The position numbers and the translations under genes were made by a program. Source: Azolla caroliniana (Eukaryota; Plantae; Polypodiophyta). From it: a stretch of 64,000 nucleotides of DNA. The stretch lies in NCBI GenBank assembly GCA_043228905.1, contig JBHGNT010000011.1:6014001-6078000 (forward strand). Reading direction: 5' to 3'. Positions 1 through 13,305 of this stretch are shown one piece after another. Numbering within the stretch: position 1 is the stretch's first letter; every line of letters begins with the position of its first letter. Under the pieces are notes generated by a model. The model searched no databases, was not told the origin of the DNA, and worked only from the letters and a program-made list of their open reading frames with translations.

Positions 1-2514
1 CTCGACAAGCGTCGTCAATGGGTTGATGACACTGATTTGGCAGGATTGAGTAGGGAGAAAACGAGACAAGCAAAAGTGGCTGAGCCGACCAAACAAAGCA
101 ACCCAGAAGAAACGAAAATTGATGATGACATCATTGAAGAACTACTGAAGAAGTTCAAGACGGTCACGCTAGCCAACATGAATCGTCGGGGCCCGAAAGG
201 AAAAGAACCCTTTAGATGTGCATGGTGTGACAACGTGGACCACATGAGAAGGGATTGCGCCAGCCTTCGAGAAGCCATTCGACAGAATATTGTGTACATG
301 GATGGAAACATGATTTGCTCAAATTAAACTAAAAGACCCAAAGAAGAATGGAACATTAAGGTTCATACAAGATCTTCACCCAGTGAATAAAGTGACGATC
401 CGCAATGCCAAGATCGGTCCAAGTATCGATGAGTTCGTAGAAGCATTTGTAGGAAGGTCCATTTATTCTCATTTGTACCACACATGGTGAATGCCATGAA
501 CAAAGTACTAAGATATTGCATCCCAAATATTACGATGCCTTTCCTCGATGAATCAGAAAAGCATGAGTCTTTATATCAAGATTGATGTCGAAGATTTGTT
601 TCAAACCATATTGAAGACTATGAGAGAGTGCTACAAAGACTAGAAGGAGCAGGGCTCACATTCTCTGGAGAAAAGTCGGCATTCAGCCAACGTGAGGTCC
701 TAGTATTGGGACATCTTTGCGGACGATATGGACGAAAACCCTCTCTAAGAAGGTGAATGTTATTCAAGAGATGCGAGAAGAATGTATATATCCCAGACAA
801 AGGTGCAAAGATTCTTGGGAGTGTGTGTCTTTTACCATATTTGGATTCTGCACTACACTCATGTCATTGAGTCATTATATGAATTGCTAAAGAAATGGAT
901 GAAGTTTGAATGGCGAGAGGAGCATACAAATGTGATACGAAGATTGAAGAAACTACTTCTTGAATCTCCAACACTAAGAAAGGCCAACTATACCAAAGGA
1001 AAGCCGATTTATGTGACTGTGGATATGAGCCCAACCGGAATTGGTTGGGTCATCAACCAAGAAGGAGAAGATAGTGCACAAGTGTCGAAACGGGCGGAAT
1101 CATGGTGGTCTCGAACCTAGGAGCCAGTGGGAGTAGGAAGGACCGGGTCAGAGTCCGGATGGCTTCGCCAGATTGGTTTCCCGATGTGTCTTGATCCGGA
1201 ACGGTTCTCGGATACCGACCGGTTAGCACACGGGATTGAAGGAGAGAACTATTCCTGGCAGGATGTTGGGAAACAACAATAATAAGCCCACAGGCATGCA
1301 GACACAGATGTGCACACAATAGAAACAAGAAGGAACAACACAGTAATGTCCGTACGCAAGGAAAGACTAGGCAAAACACCAACGATTATCAGAGAAGAAG
1401 AGATTACAACTGGATTCAGCTGGCGACAAGCTGTGAGCTAAACACACCCACACAAGATAGAATGATGAACCTCTGGTTGGGAGCACATGGCTTCCACCGC
1501 GAGCAAAGGCTTGAACTTCTTCCTAGAATAAGTATAGCGCATGACACAAAGAGAGAGGAGAGAGAGAGATAGAGAGAGAGCTCGGCACTCAAACCTAGAT
1601 ACCCCAACCAATCTCAAACCTCCCCTTTTATAGAGCAAGGGGAGACCATTACATCACCATAAAGACATCCGTTTTCGGGCAGAGATTTCCGTTGATTTAC
1701 TCCATCGAATATTATTCTTATTCTCTACGTGTGTGGGACTTAAAGTACCCATTAAAACCTACTACCTAGTACTTACTAGTCCTATGTGCTTGTACATTTC
1801 CGTGTGCATCCTTGCACACCCCCGTTCATGCACATCCAGCCCCTTTTCTCCTCGTAGCCGGAATCCCTCATGACAACGGTATGTTATCTAGTTCGGAGCA
1901 AAGGTCCTCAGCGAACGACGGCAAGGATGCACCCAAGTTAAGCGGGAACTTTGGGGTACTGTGTCTGTGGTGAAGCTAGATAAAGATTACCTGAGGGGGT
2001 TGAAAGTGATAATTGAGACGGATTGTCGCCCAATCCTTGGGATGATCTTAGGATGTGCGGCACCAGATCTAGCTATGCTAAGGTGGATCGCCTATATCAA
2101 GTCTTTAAACCCAAAGATCCGCCACATTGCAAAAAAGAAGATTGCCATAGTTGACATGCTATCAAGGGCAAGATTCGAGAATGAAAGTGTCACCCTGGAC
2201 TTCTTCAAGATGGCCCGACTATCGGTGGAAGACAAGGGTACAGTAACCCTGCACACCTTCAACGAGAACGAGTACAATGGAGAATGGTTGTTGATTGGTA
2301 GATTCTTTAAATTAATGACCGTGGATGCTTCGTGGATGAAGGAGGAGGCTCTACAAATCCGGAAGAAAGCTTACCAGGACTTTTTGAAGGGAGGATTCCT
2401 CTAGCAGCACACGTCGAGAAGGGCAGGAATGCCACATCAAATAGTGATGAAGAGAGAGGATCAAGCAACACTGATGTCTTAATTCCACAAGAGTCCTTGG
2501 GCAGGTCATAGAGG
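1..2514 (+). mobile_element. Degenerate Ty3/Gypsy internal region (gag zinc-knuckle fragment joined by deletion to RT, RNase H and start of integrase); outermost host of the nest
   Basis: 37..327 has CAWCDNVDHMRRDC; PKKNGTLRFIQDL from about 337; RFLGVCVFYHIW and VTVDMSPTGIGW in 782..1120; IETDC..MLRWIAYIKSL in 1961..2404; WAGHRG near 2500. Homologous to the pol at 59689..63156; many stops and frameshifts. Confidence 0.88.
1083..1875 (-). mobile_element. Probable solo LTR inserted in the RNase H region of the host Gypsy
   Basis: TGTCG...CATGACA termini; host reading frame resumes at 1876 (NQEGEDSA / RYVI.FGAKVL); TATA-like box on the minus strand near 1626; TSD degenerate. Confidence 0.65.
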
Positions 2515-4412
2515 TGACAGGAAATATGCAGAATGGTGCTTAGCCACAACCGAGTCTTCGATTACTTAATGATAATCAAACACAGAAAAATGAGAAATGG
2601 AAGTAAGTACACACACAGAAGAGAATGCACAGGATGTTAACGTGTAAAACCCTAAATAGGAAAAACCACGGGAGTTCACAAACTCCAACTATCACTATGT
2701 CAAGAGGAATACAACAGATAAGCACGGAGGCAGTGACCTCGTGCTCACAATCTTCGCCTTGCAGCGGTTACAACAGAGACTCACTCTGTCTCTTTGTCTC
2801 TCTTTCTCTCTTTCTCTCTTTCTCACTGTTACGTTGTGTACAACAGTTACACCAATAACTCTATACAAAATAATGACAACAACATGATATTGTTTGCCCT
2901 AGGTCATATTTATACTAATATGACTTTCGGGCTATTTACAAATATAGCCCAGTAGGCTCTCTGGAACATATTTACATATATGTCCCTTCATCCGGTGAGA
3001 GGTTCTCACTGGGCCTGTAACATCCGGTTCTCACTGGGTCTTCCTTGCCGGGTACTCATCATCCGGTTCTTACCGGGCCTTCATCATCCAGTTCTCACCG
3101 GTTCTTCCTTGCCGGGTACTCATCATCTGATTCTTACCGGGCCTTCATCATCCGGTTCTCACCGGGCCTTCATCATCCCATCTGGAGGGATCGAAATCCT
3201 CACAAACTCCCCCTTCACTCCAGCATGGGATGTCTAGTTAGTCGAATTCACTTCCGGCATACGTCCAGCTTGTCGGCTGTCAGCACCGTGGTCAACATAT
3301 CTAACCCATTCTCCTCCGTGTGGATCTTTGTCAACACGAACTCTCGATCTTCCACTCGCTCCCGGATCCAGTGGTACGTCCGTTGGATGTGCTTTGTCCT
3401 AGAATGATACGTCGTGTTCTTCGCAAGGTGGATGACACTTTGACTGTCGCAATAGAGCCAATATTCCTCTTGTCAGATCCCTAACACTCTGATGAAGTCC
3501 TTCATCCATAATATTTCCTTGCCATGTACTCCGCTTCCGTGGTTAACAACGCAACCATCTTCTCCAGCTTCGACTGCCACGAAATAGCTCCCCTTGCATA
3601 TGTCATGACGTATCCAGATGTTGACCGGCTGGTATCCACATCAGCCGACATATCCGAATCGGTGAAACCGTCAAGTTGGGGTTTACTGGAGCCAAATTAG
3701 AGACACATACTTGAGGTGCTTTTCAAGTACCAAAGTATCCATTTTACCGCATTCCAGTGCTCCTTGCCAGAATTGCTCATAAACCGGGTCACCACTCCGA
3801 CTACGTATCAGATATCCGGTTGGGTACACACCATTGCATATATTAAGCTCCCGATGGTAGAGGCATATGGTATCTTCATCATATCCACCTTCTCTGCCTT
3901 CGTCTTCGGGCTTTGCTTACCAGATAATCTGTAGTTTTCCGGGAGTGTCGATCCGACCAATTTTGCTTCTGACATGTTGAACCGTTGAAGCACCTTTGTC
4001 ACGTACTTCTCCTGTGACAGCCACAATTGCTTCTTCGACCGGTCCCGGATGATATGCATCCCCAGTATCTGTCTTGCCGGACCCAAGTCTTTCATTGCGA
4101 AGGTCAGGTTGAGGGCCTTCTTCAGATTCCCGATTTAGATTCGGTCCGGGAAGATGATCAACATGTCATCCACATACAACAAGAGTATCATGAAGTCTTC
4201 TCTGTTGAAATCGATCACAAATACACAGTGGTCAGCTTGAGTCTTGTGGTATCCCTGGTCGGTCATGAGGGAGTTGAACTTCCGCTACCATTTTTGGGGA
4301 GCTTGCTTCAGTCCGTATAAGCTCTTCTTGAGCTGGCATACCAGGTGCTCCTTCCCTTTCTTGACAAATCCCTCCGGCTGTTGCATGTATATCTCCTCTT
4401 TGAGGTCACCGT
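2515..4412 (-). mobile_element. Degenerate Ty1/Copia 3' portion (RT/RNase H, PPT, 3' LTR 2515..3204), relative of the Copia copies at 30352 and 44618
   Basis: MKDLGPARQILGM, LKKSLYGLKQAP and HGDL on the minus strand; PPT complement ctcccccttc right after 3204; LTR begins TGTGAGGATTTCG on minus, compared with TGTTGGGATTTCG in the relatives. Confidence 0.88.
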
Positions 4413-5063
4413 TGTTGCAGACAGAAGAAATAAACGAGTAGAGATTGAGTAAATAGTTATCATCAAGATGTGACAAGATAGGATGTAGAATGATAATTGA
4501 GGGAATATAAGAAATTTCAAATTATTTCATGAAAGAGTTATAAAATGGTTGCGAGCGTTGTTGAATCGTCGAACTTTGTCTCACAAGGTAGTCACACTTC
4601 TCTTTCTTGATAGTAGACCACACTCTTCCCTTTTATCTTTTGATGAGGATAAGACTTGAACCTCCAACTTTTCATTGCGAGTTGAGCACCGCCGCCGCCA
4701 AGCTAGGTCTTTTCTTTTCTTTTGAAGATTGTGTATCACGTTTACCTTCTCTCCCTCTTTCTCTATTATAATATCTCTTACAATATAATTTCGCTCGATT
4801 CCAAACAATAATTTTATTCAATATGATTGATTGATTCCTTGATATCCCTTGTGACCATACGCCCTTCTCCTTTTATAGGGAAGTGATGGTTCTAGATGTG
4901 GGCCATGTGGTGCACATGTAGAGAGGCTCTTGCATGTGTGCTATATCGTGCACATGGAGAGAGGCTCTTGCATGTGTGCTATATGGAGCACATGTAGTAA
5001 ATTTCATAGTTTAAACCATACAATATGTTATTCCTTAGGGCCGGACAATGGCCTAACACAAGG
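4413..5063 (-). mobile_element. Gypsy LTR fragment related to the LTRs at 21055 and 51229
   Basis: Starts with TG exactly where the Copia HGDL codons break; shares gacagaag..gagtagagat.gagtaaatag..gacaagataggat and further blocks with 51310-51600. Confidence 0.7.
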
Positions 5064-5470
5064 TGTCTACGAAAGACACTTCACCAAAGGGGTGCTACGG
5101 CGAGATAACTTAGGACTCAACGATTAATCAGGCTTTAATTGGTTGCTTAGCAATATGGCATTAGACTTGATACACGCGTATGATAGAACAATTAGGATAG
5201 AACGGTAATCAACACTTAAAGATAAAACAAGAAGCTCTATTAATTATCCATGAAAGTTTTACATTGTAACCGGGCCTTTATATAGGTCACCGGTGCTGAG
5301 TACAAAACGGTGCCAACCGGCACCTGTTCGGAACCGGTCCGTCCATTCACGTCTCATAAACTACTTAATTATAATAGATTCTGAATATACAATCCCTTTC
5401 ACATTCTGGTCTTCAACTCCTTTGCCGGCCGTGTAAACATCGCACGCCCGTGGGACAATACCTTGTACGT
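5064..5470 (-). mobile_element. Fragment of another LTR-like sequence (left boundary uncertain)
   Basis: TG start and cctttatatagg TATA context at about 5275; interrupted at 5471 by the next element. Confidence 0.4.
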
Positions 5471-6760
5471 TGTCATGTTGTTACGCTCGTGCGTGTAGAA
5501 GGGGCGGGACCACGGGGGTCTTAGACGAGGGAGAAAAGGGAAGCCAAGAAACCCGACACCGGACACGACCCGAATGCAGCCAAACACGAGAGAGAGAGAA
5601 AGGAGAGGGAGAACATGCGCGCGACACCGACTTTTAGAGGATGGAATTGGAAGAAGACGACTTCGCACAACTTTTTGTCGAAGCGGTGAGGGAGTTTGGA
5701 TGGGCAACTGCAAGACGAGAGACGGCGCCACCAAATATGTCACGTTGTTACGCGCGTGCGTGTAGAAGGGGCGGGACCACCGGGGTCTCGGACTAGGGAG
5801 TAGAGGAGAAAGAATAAGATATGTTTTGGAAGCTTAGCTCAAGAGTAGAAGAAGAAAGAATAAGACCATGACATAGAAGGAGAGATTGGCCGAGGCAAGA
5901 TGCTCAACAAGTTATATTAAAACAAACGAATGATTACAACAATAGTGGCCGCGTGGGCCGCACCAAACGACTATGCAAAAACCCTAACCGAGGATGAATA
6001 AGGAACCTTAAAAGAAACCCTAACCCTAAAACGGGTAAGAACTCTAGACTAGGTGATATACCTTTCATACGCAAAATAGGCAACCCCTTCATAAGTGACC
6101 CCTCCCTTCCTTTTATAGCCCAAGGAGGGAGGGACCTTACAATGTGGGATAAAATTTCCCCTCTTATTTCTATACACCATTTCCTAGTATACGTGTGCAC
6201 ATGTTGCACACCACCAACTTGCCCATTCCACCCTGGTTTCCCCCTATGGATGAAAATCTTCACGACATCCGCCCCAATTGCCGATTAGGAACATGGTCCG
6301 CGGTCAGTCCTTCGACCTAGACCTCCAAGTGGTTGTGGAACAACAAATAGGCATCTATGCGTAATGCGTAGGGGAATGTTCCCTGTAACCTATCAGCGTA
6401 TAAGGGAGACGACTACAACCGACTCCTTATCAAGGGTTACACTTACATTCTTACACGCTCAAGTATTCCAGACACACAATGGATTAGCCGTAGCTATCCA
6501 CAGACTTTCAAAGAAGATGGAATTCTATTATGATACGTTTCTTTACATTCCCAAAATTACACGCTCCCTCTATCCGAGGTTTTCTGCCCTTTATATACGC
6601 AGGGTCTATCTAGCCATTCACGCTTCCTGCGTGAACCATTACATGCGTTATGATCTTATATTATTTCTTATTGCTACGCTCTTGTCCGTCGGTTACTATT
6701 CCAGCAGACAACACTTGGCATGCCTGTGGGACAGTGCCCTGGCATGTCGAACCCATCCCG

Positions 6761-8988
6761 TTAATCCTCTTCCAAAATGGCCCGGATGTTTGGCTCTGCT
6801 GCGGTGTCCACATCCGGAGGCGATGTAGGGCCCGTAGGTGCATCGTGGTGTAGCTCCCCTGTTTGGTCGGACTGGTTTCTCCCGGTGTCGCAGTCGTTGT
6901 GTGTGGGCGGTCCAGGTACGTGGGGCTCTTCTTGAGCTAGTGGGTTGGGCTCCGCTGTCGTCGTGCTTGCAATCGGCTGCGACTTTGTCTCAATCGTTAC
7001 TTCTTCCTCCGTGGTGTCGACTGTCTTTGTACGTTCCGGGGAGTGGGGCGGCGATTCCGCCTGGCCCACACCATTCTCCGTGTGGTTCAATGATAGCGTG
7101 GGTTCGTGCAGATGAACCTCCTCTTGGGCAGTGGTTTCGCTGTCTGGTACTGTGGGGGACTCCGCTCGTCGATCCGCACTGTTCACCATCGTTGTAATTT
7201 CTGGTGATTGGGCCTGAGGTTCCTCTTCTTCGGCCGTGCCCGGAATTGGCGTCGTGTTGGATTCTTCGTTTGTTCGCATGTTGCCGGCTTGTGTGATCTA
7301 GTGAAATAGCTCCTCCTGGCTTTCACCTAAATCATTTAAGAGCTGCGCGAGTTCTTTAGAGTGTTGGTCCGCTAGCGCACGATAGTCTTGTGCTAGGTCC
7401 TCTCGTACGGTCGCAATGCTCTCCTCATTTAGTTTATAGAAATCTTGGTCGTCTTTTCGCCAGTTCTCCCAGTCCGCACTATACACGTGCAATTCCGCTG
7501 CTTGGGTTGCCAACGCCATCCAACCTTTGTCCAGCACCATTTTCAATTGCACTGTGCACCTCTCTTGATTTGTTTGTAGAAGGATACACACGTTATCTGT
7601 GATGGCCAACGGTTGCGTGCGTTCTCCATCGACTTATGGAGGTTTGCAATTTCTTGTTGTTTAACCGCCGCCACTTCTTCGTACGTGGCCTTCAGGCCCG
7701 CCCACAGTTGGGATTCCTTTGCATGTTGTTCTTCTAATTTCCCCATTTCATTGTTTAGGCGGATTTCGAGTTGATGCCTTCTTTCTTGTTCGACCACCAG
7801 CTGCTCGTCGAACCATACCTTCTTTTTCTCTAATAAGGCCTGGAGTCCCGCGATTGCCACCTCCGATTTCTTCGTGTCCTCTCGTAATTGGGCATTTTCG
7901 TCTTTTTTCTGGATGTGTTGAGCTACCTCCGTAGCGAGTTTCTCTTCCAGGGTTTTTACTTCCTTCTGGCCGTTAGCCCGTATCTCCTTTTCTCTGTCTG
8001 AGGATTGGCGTAGTTCAGCTCGAAGGCGGTCAATTTCTGATTCCGCTAGTTGCACGATCCTTTTCGCGTTTGAGGCGATGGCGGTCTGAGCCTCAATTTC
8101 TTCTTTTAAAGCGTCGATGGCATGGTTTGGTGGCGGAGTTGCGTGTTGCGCCGTAGTTGCGTCAGCTTCCAACTCCGCAATGCGTTCGTTGGCTTTTTGC
8201 AGTTCGGCTTGGGTCAATTTCACCTTCTTCCAGACATTCTTATTTTTAATGGCCATCTCCTTGGCGCCCGTGCCGACCTTTGCCAATTCCTTATGAACTT
8301 TGACTAGGGCCGTGCTTAATGGGGGTATCTCCATCCCCACTCGGCGTACCCCGACGTTCCTCTGTCTGCCGACCCTGGCTAACCGGTTCTCATCGTCGCT
8401 CTCCGCCGTTTGTGTTAGGGCGCGCTCGATCATCTAGCGTTCCGCCAACTCTTCGGCCATTCGTTGGGAGGCTTTTACCTGTTGTGTTGCCAGGAATTCC
8501 ATGAGCTCAAAAGAAGTTTCGAACTGGAAGAGGGCGCTGAACTCATGGGCCGTATCCGGGATATCCAGATATGCCAAAACCTCGCTTTCCGTCGTGAATA
8601 CGGCTTTCCCTTGTTGGGACTGGGTCGTAATGATCGGTCGTGGCTTCCGGATGATTTCGAAGGTGGTATTGGGTTCCGTAGCTGCGGAGCCATCGCCTTT
8701 GGTCAATGTCTCTATCGCCGTGGGGACGTCTTTGACCAACCCCCGCCCATCTTTCCTGTCCAATCTACGCCGTTCACGAGCCATCAGCGTAAGGCAGTAG
8801 AGATGAAGATCAACATCGCGAGAACACCGGTGGTTGCGGTGGGTTGAAGCTTTGTGATAGGATGGAGGAGAAGGTGAGGGGGAGGAGCGATGGGAGCGTT
8901 GATAGCTAGAAGATGCGTTTCTATTTTGTGCAGAAAATCTTCTACTTCCTTCCTTTTGTGGCTTAGGGTTCATTGGGCGGTGAGCCAT
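6761..8988 (-). pseudogene. Extra sense ORF downstream of pol: basic N-terminus, long coiled coil, acidic/Pro-rich tail
   Basis: 8434..8988 and 7543..8433 are in frame across one stop; continues in 7298..7609 and 6761..7279; E/K/Q/A heptad-rich. Confidence 0.65.
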
Positions 8989-9148
8989 CGTGGTGCCGCA
9001 TGTTCTTGAACTAGGAGTTTGTGCATGGCTTTAGTCGTTTTAATAGTCGCTATCTTCTCTTTCTTTTTTTTCTTTCTTTTTTTTCTTTTTTTTCGTAACG
9101 GTTATCTACAACCTATTTTTACATTATGGTACAAGTAGGGCCGTCCAT

Positions 9149-12100
9149 TTACGTTGCGGGTTCTCCGGCTCTGTCTTGTTCGGCGGTGAATGGGTTAGGT
9201 GGTGTAGGGCCCAAGTAAGGTTTGAGCCGAAACCCATTCACCTTTTGCCGTACTACTTCCACGGCCAGCGTACCTAGTTGGAAGTGCCTTGTTCCGCTCC
9301 AATTATCCAATATGGGCCAGTCCAGTGGAATCGTAACTTCCCTGGCATATGGCCCATGCGAGTTTGGAAAACCAGCACCGCTCGACCCACGACGAACTCC
9401 TTTTCCCTTGCGTTCCGATGTCAATCCACAAACGCTTTACGTCATCGCTGTTCTTGCTCCAACACAGCCATGCTGTGTACGCGTTTTTCCCCGAGTTCGA
9501 GGAGTTGGTGGAGCCGTATGTCCTCCGACTTGGCTTCTGATAGTCGGTTCCGTACCAGAATTCGCAAACTGGGTACTTGAAATTCGACCGGCATCACAGC
9601 CTCCAGCCCAAACACTAGTCGAAACGGTGTTGACTGTATGCTTGTTTTGTAGTTGGTTTTGTACGCCCATAACGCACTCTATAATTTGGTATCCCAATCC
9701 GTTCTATTTTCATTGACGATTTTCTTCAAAATGGTCTGCAACATCTTGTTGGTGGATTCTGCTAACCCATTCGCCTGAGGATAATATGGCGTACTCTTCT
9801 TATGAACTACGACGTAATGATGTGTTAGTTCCCGAACCACCGTATTGAGAAAGTGACTCCCCTGGTCATTGGTGGGCTCAATCAGACAGCCGAACCGGCA
9901 CTAGATGTGCTCGTAAAGGAATCTGGCTGTGACGGCCGCCGTATTTTCACGTAGTGCCTTTGCTTCTACCCACTTGGTGCAATAATCCGTGGCTACCAAT
10001 ATGTATTTATTGCCCATACGGGCTGTCGCCAGTGTGAAGGGGCCCACAAAATCCAATCCCCACTTTTGGAAGAGGTCTAGCGGTAATATGGGCTGGTGTG
10101 GCATCCTTGCGCCCTCCGTGGGCTGGCCCATCCGTTGACACAAATCACACTTTCTACAATACTCGGCTGCGTCCTTCTACGTTGTTGGCCACCATAAGCC
10201 CACCTGCCATACTTTCTGGGCTGTAACGTCGCCCGCGTAATGGCTGCCTACCGTGCCACAGTGTGCCTCCCGTAAAACTGCTTCCTTCTCATCCTGACGT
10301 ACCCCGCGTCGCCAAATGCCGTCACTTCCTTTGTGATATAAAACGCCTTCGACGAGGCAGAAGTGACGGCTTCGGACGGCTAGTCATTTCTTCTCGTCCG
10401 TGCATAATTGTGTTGGAGACAGTCCCGTAGTCCAAAAGTACGTCATTTCCATAAGCCACCGGTCCGGAAAGGTCGATTCCGTTCTTTCTGCTAGTGCTTC
10501 TACCCGCAGGATGTCGGCGTCCGGAAAATCGTCGTCATCTTTCTGTATTGTTTCTCCATTCTCGAGTCTGCTCAAAAAATCCGCCACTGTGTGTTGCGTC
10601 CTTGGTCGGTGCTGGATTACGAAATCGAATTCTTGGAGCAGCAGCATCCACCACGCCAATTTCCCTATCAGGGCTTGTTTCTCCACCAAATATAGCAGCG
10701 CCAAATGATCCACGTGGAACGTGAATTTCCTTCCTAGTAAATAATGCCGGAATTTATTGATGCTATAGATCATCCCTAGCGCCTCCTGCTCTGTTTTGGA
10801 ATAGTTACACTATGTTGTTGATAATTTGCGACTATCGTAGTATACTGGCTGGTACCAGTTGGTTCGGTGAGCTACATTAGTGCACTTTCTATTGCTATGT
10901 CTGAGGCGTCGACAAACACCTGGAATGGCTTCGCCCAAATTGGTGGTTGTACGAAGGGGGTCTGTGTGAGCATTATCTTAAGTGCCTCATAGGCCTTATC
11001 CTCCATTGCAGTCCATTGGAAAGGAGTCCGATGTACGATAGCATGTAACGGCGTGGCAAAGTCCGCCAAATACCGTATCATCCGACTATGCCACCAACTA
11101 GCGATTTGACGTTTGTTGGAGTTTTGGCTTGCGTAATCACGAAGATCTTGTTCGGATCAACCATTATTCCCTCCTTGCTGTCTATATGGCCCAGGAGAGT
11201 CCCGTTGGTCACATCGAAAGCACATTTCGTTGGATTCAGGCTTAAGCGTGCGATGCGGCAACATTCCAAGCACAATTGTAAGTGCGTAAAATGGTCTATT
11301 GTTCTCTCATATACGGCAAAGTCGTCTAAAAAAACTTGCATGAACGCCGGAATGTATTCGCCAAAGATCTCCGTAATTGTCCGTTGAAATGTTGCAGGCG
11401 CCGTCTTTAGCCCGAACATCATGACGACTGCCACATATACTCCCCAGTCCGTGACAAATGCCGTCTTTTCTTGGTCCTCGGGATACATGCGTACCTGGTT
11501 ATAGCCATTGAAGCCATCTAAAAAAATGTACATCTTATGTCCTGCGACGGCGTCTAGTACGCTATTGGTGAAGGGTAAGGGAAATGCGTCCGTAATGGTT
11601 ACGACGTTTAATTTTCGGTAATCTACGCATACCCGTATTTTGCCGTTTTTCTTTGGAACGACAACTATCAGGCTTAACCATGTCGCTTGTTTAACTTGTC
11701 GAATGAACCCCGCCTTCAGGAGCTTGTCAATTTCTTCTTTCACACAGGTCGCGTAGTTCGGGTTCATGCGGTAGCGACATTGCTGGACGGGTTTCGCGTC
11801 GGTTGCTAAATTGATCTTATGCTGATAGAACTTGGGATCTAGCCCCTTCATGTCCTTGTGAGCCCAAGCGAACACATCCTTATATTCCGTGAGTAGTGTG
11901 ATCATCGTGTTTCTCTGGCCCGGCCTTAATTCCTTTGCGATGGAGAGGAAACGGGGCTCCGATTCCGTACCCACATTTACCTCTTCCAGGGCGGAAGTGG
12001 TGACCCGTCGTGAAATCTCCATTTCCCTTTCGAATGCCACCCGTGCTCAGCTGAGTTCCAATATGGACTCTGGGTTTGGTTCGTAAGCCTCGTCGTGGAG

Positions 12101-13305
12101 AATAGTGCTCGTGGCATATCCTGCTGCGGTTGCGATGACGTCGATTTCGAACAGCAGAATGATCCGTGGGTGCTCATCTAGGTATGCCTGTAATTCTGCA
12201 TCCTCCACCCCAACCAACATATTTATATCTTCTGCGTATAATGGTGTTATACCCTTGGGTTGTGGCGTGCTTCCTTCCGTAGGTACGTGAACCTTGGTGC
12301 GTCCGTGTCGGAAACTGATACACTTGTGTTGCCAGCTTTGCTTGATATCTGTTACCTGAAGCCATGGTCTGCCGAGAAGCACTGGGTACGCCCCTGGGGC
12401 GTCCAAGGTGAGGACGACCGCCGAGATGTTGAAGCGGTGTCAACGCACGATAATGCCTATTTTGCGAATTAGCCCCAATGGTCGTACTGAGCGGGTATCT
12501 GCCATTCGGAGCCAGAATGGGCAAGCCTCCCATTCTGAAATGCCTAACTGCTCGCAAGTTTTCGTGCTAATTACATTGACGCCTGAGCCGTCGTCGATTG
12601 CACATCCAAGAATTTCCTGCCCGTGTAATATTAATGTAATAGTTGGGTTGTGTTGATCCACTACCGGCGGTCCGTCGCTAACGTCTGTAAGGTTTGTACT
12701 GACATTCACCCCGGGTATGCCTGTCACCTATTCTTCCCTGGTCTAGCGGAAATGTGGGACTAGTTGCAACAGTTTCTCCATGGTTAATGTTATCTCACAG
12801 CCCGCTAACGCCTGCCAAATGGGGTCTGGGACCGGTCTTTCGTCCTCTGCTCGCTCCCTCGCGTTCGCAGACTCCTTTCGCATGCGCTCTGTATTGGTCG
12901 TGTTTGCTTTTTCCACCCATGCTTGGGCTTGTCGGCGTATCACCTCTTGCACAACCCAATTAGCCATTTTTGTTTGCTGGCGTGTCGTGACTTGCTGCAC
13001 TTCTGCCGTAATCGTATTGACAGCGGGCCCCTTTCCCTTGCATGTTGGGCATTGCGTGGCATAATGTCCGGGCTGCTGACAAATAAAACAATGGATGCTT
13101 GATTCACCCTTCTCGGCTCCAGGTGGTGTGTGCCGCTCCCCTCGTGCTACTTGCTCCTCGCGGTCCGGCCTCGTTTGTCAGAACATATACGGTGGTTGGT
13201 ATTGGTCCCGTCGTTGTTCCTGGTGTCGCTCATCTCCCAAGCTTTCCTCGTAACGCCGGTGATCTCGATATTGCCACGGCTTACCACGATAAGCATTGAA
13301 GCCGC
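9149..13305 (-). pseudogene. Gypsy gag C-terminus plus pol (protease, RT, RNase H, integrase), disrupted
   Basis: Zinc knuckle CFICQQPGHYATQC near 13050-13095; protease CAIDDGSGVN; RT VCVDYRKLN and FLDD; RNase H FHVDH; integrase WGLDFVGP and GPY-like C-terminus. Confidence 0.9.

Noticed and set aside
6364-6828. Antisense 154-aa ORF near the 3' LTR
   Set aside because: No recognisable motifs and no second copy to show conservation.
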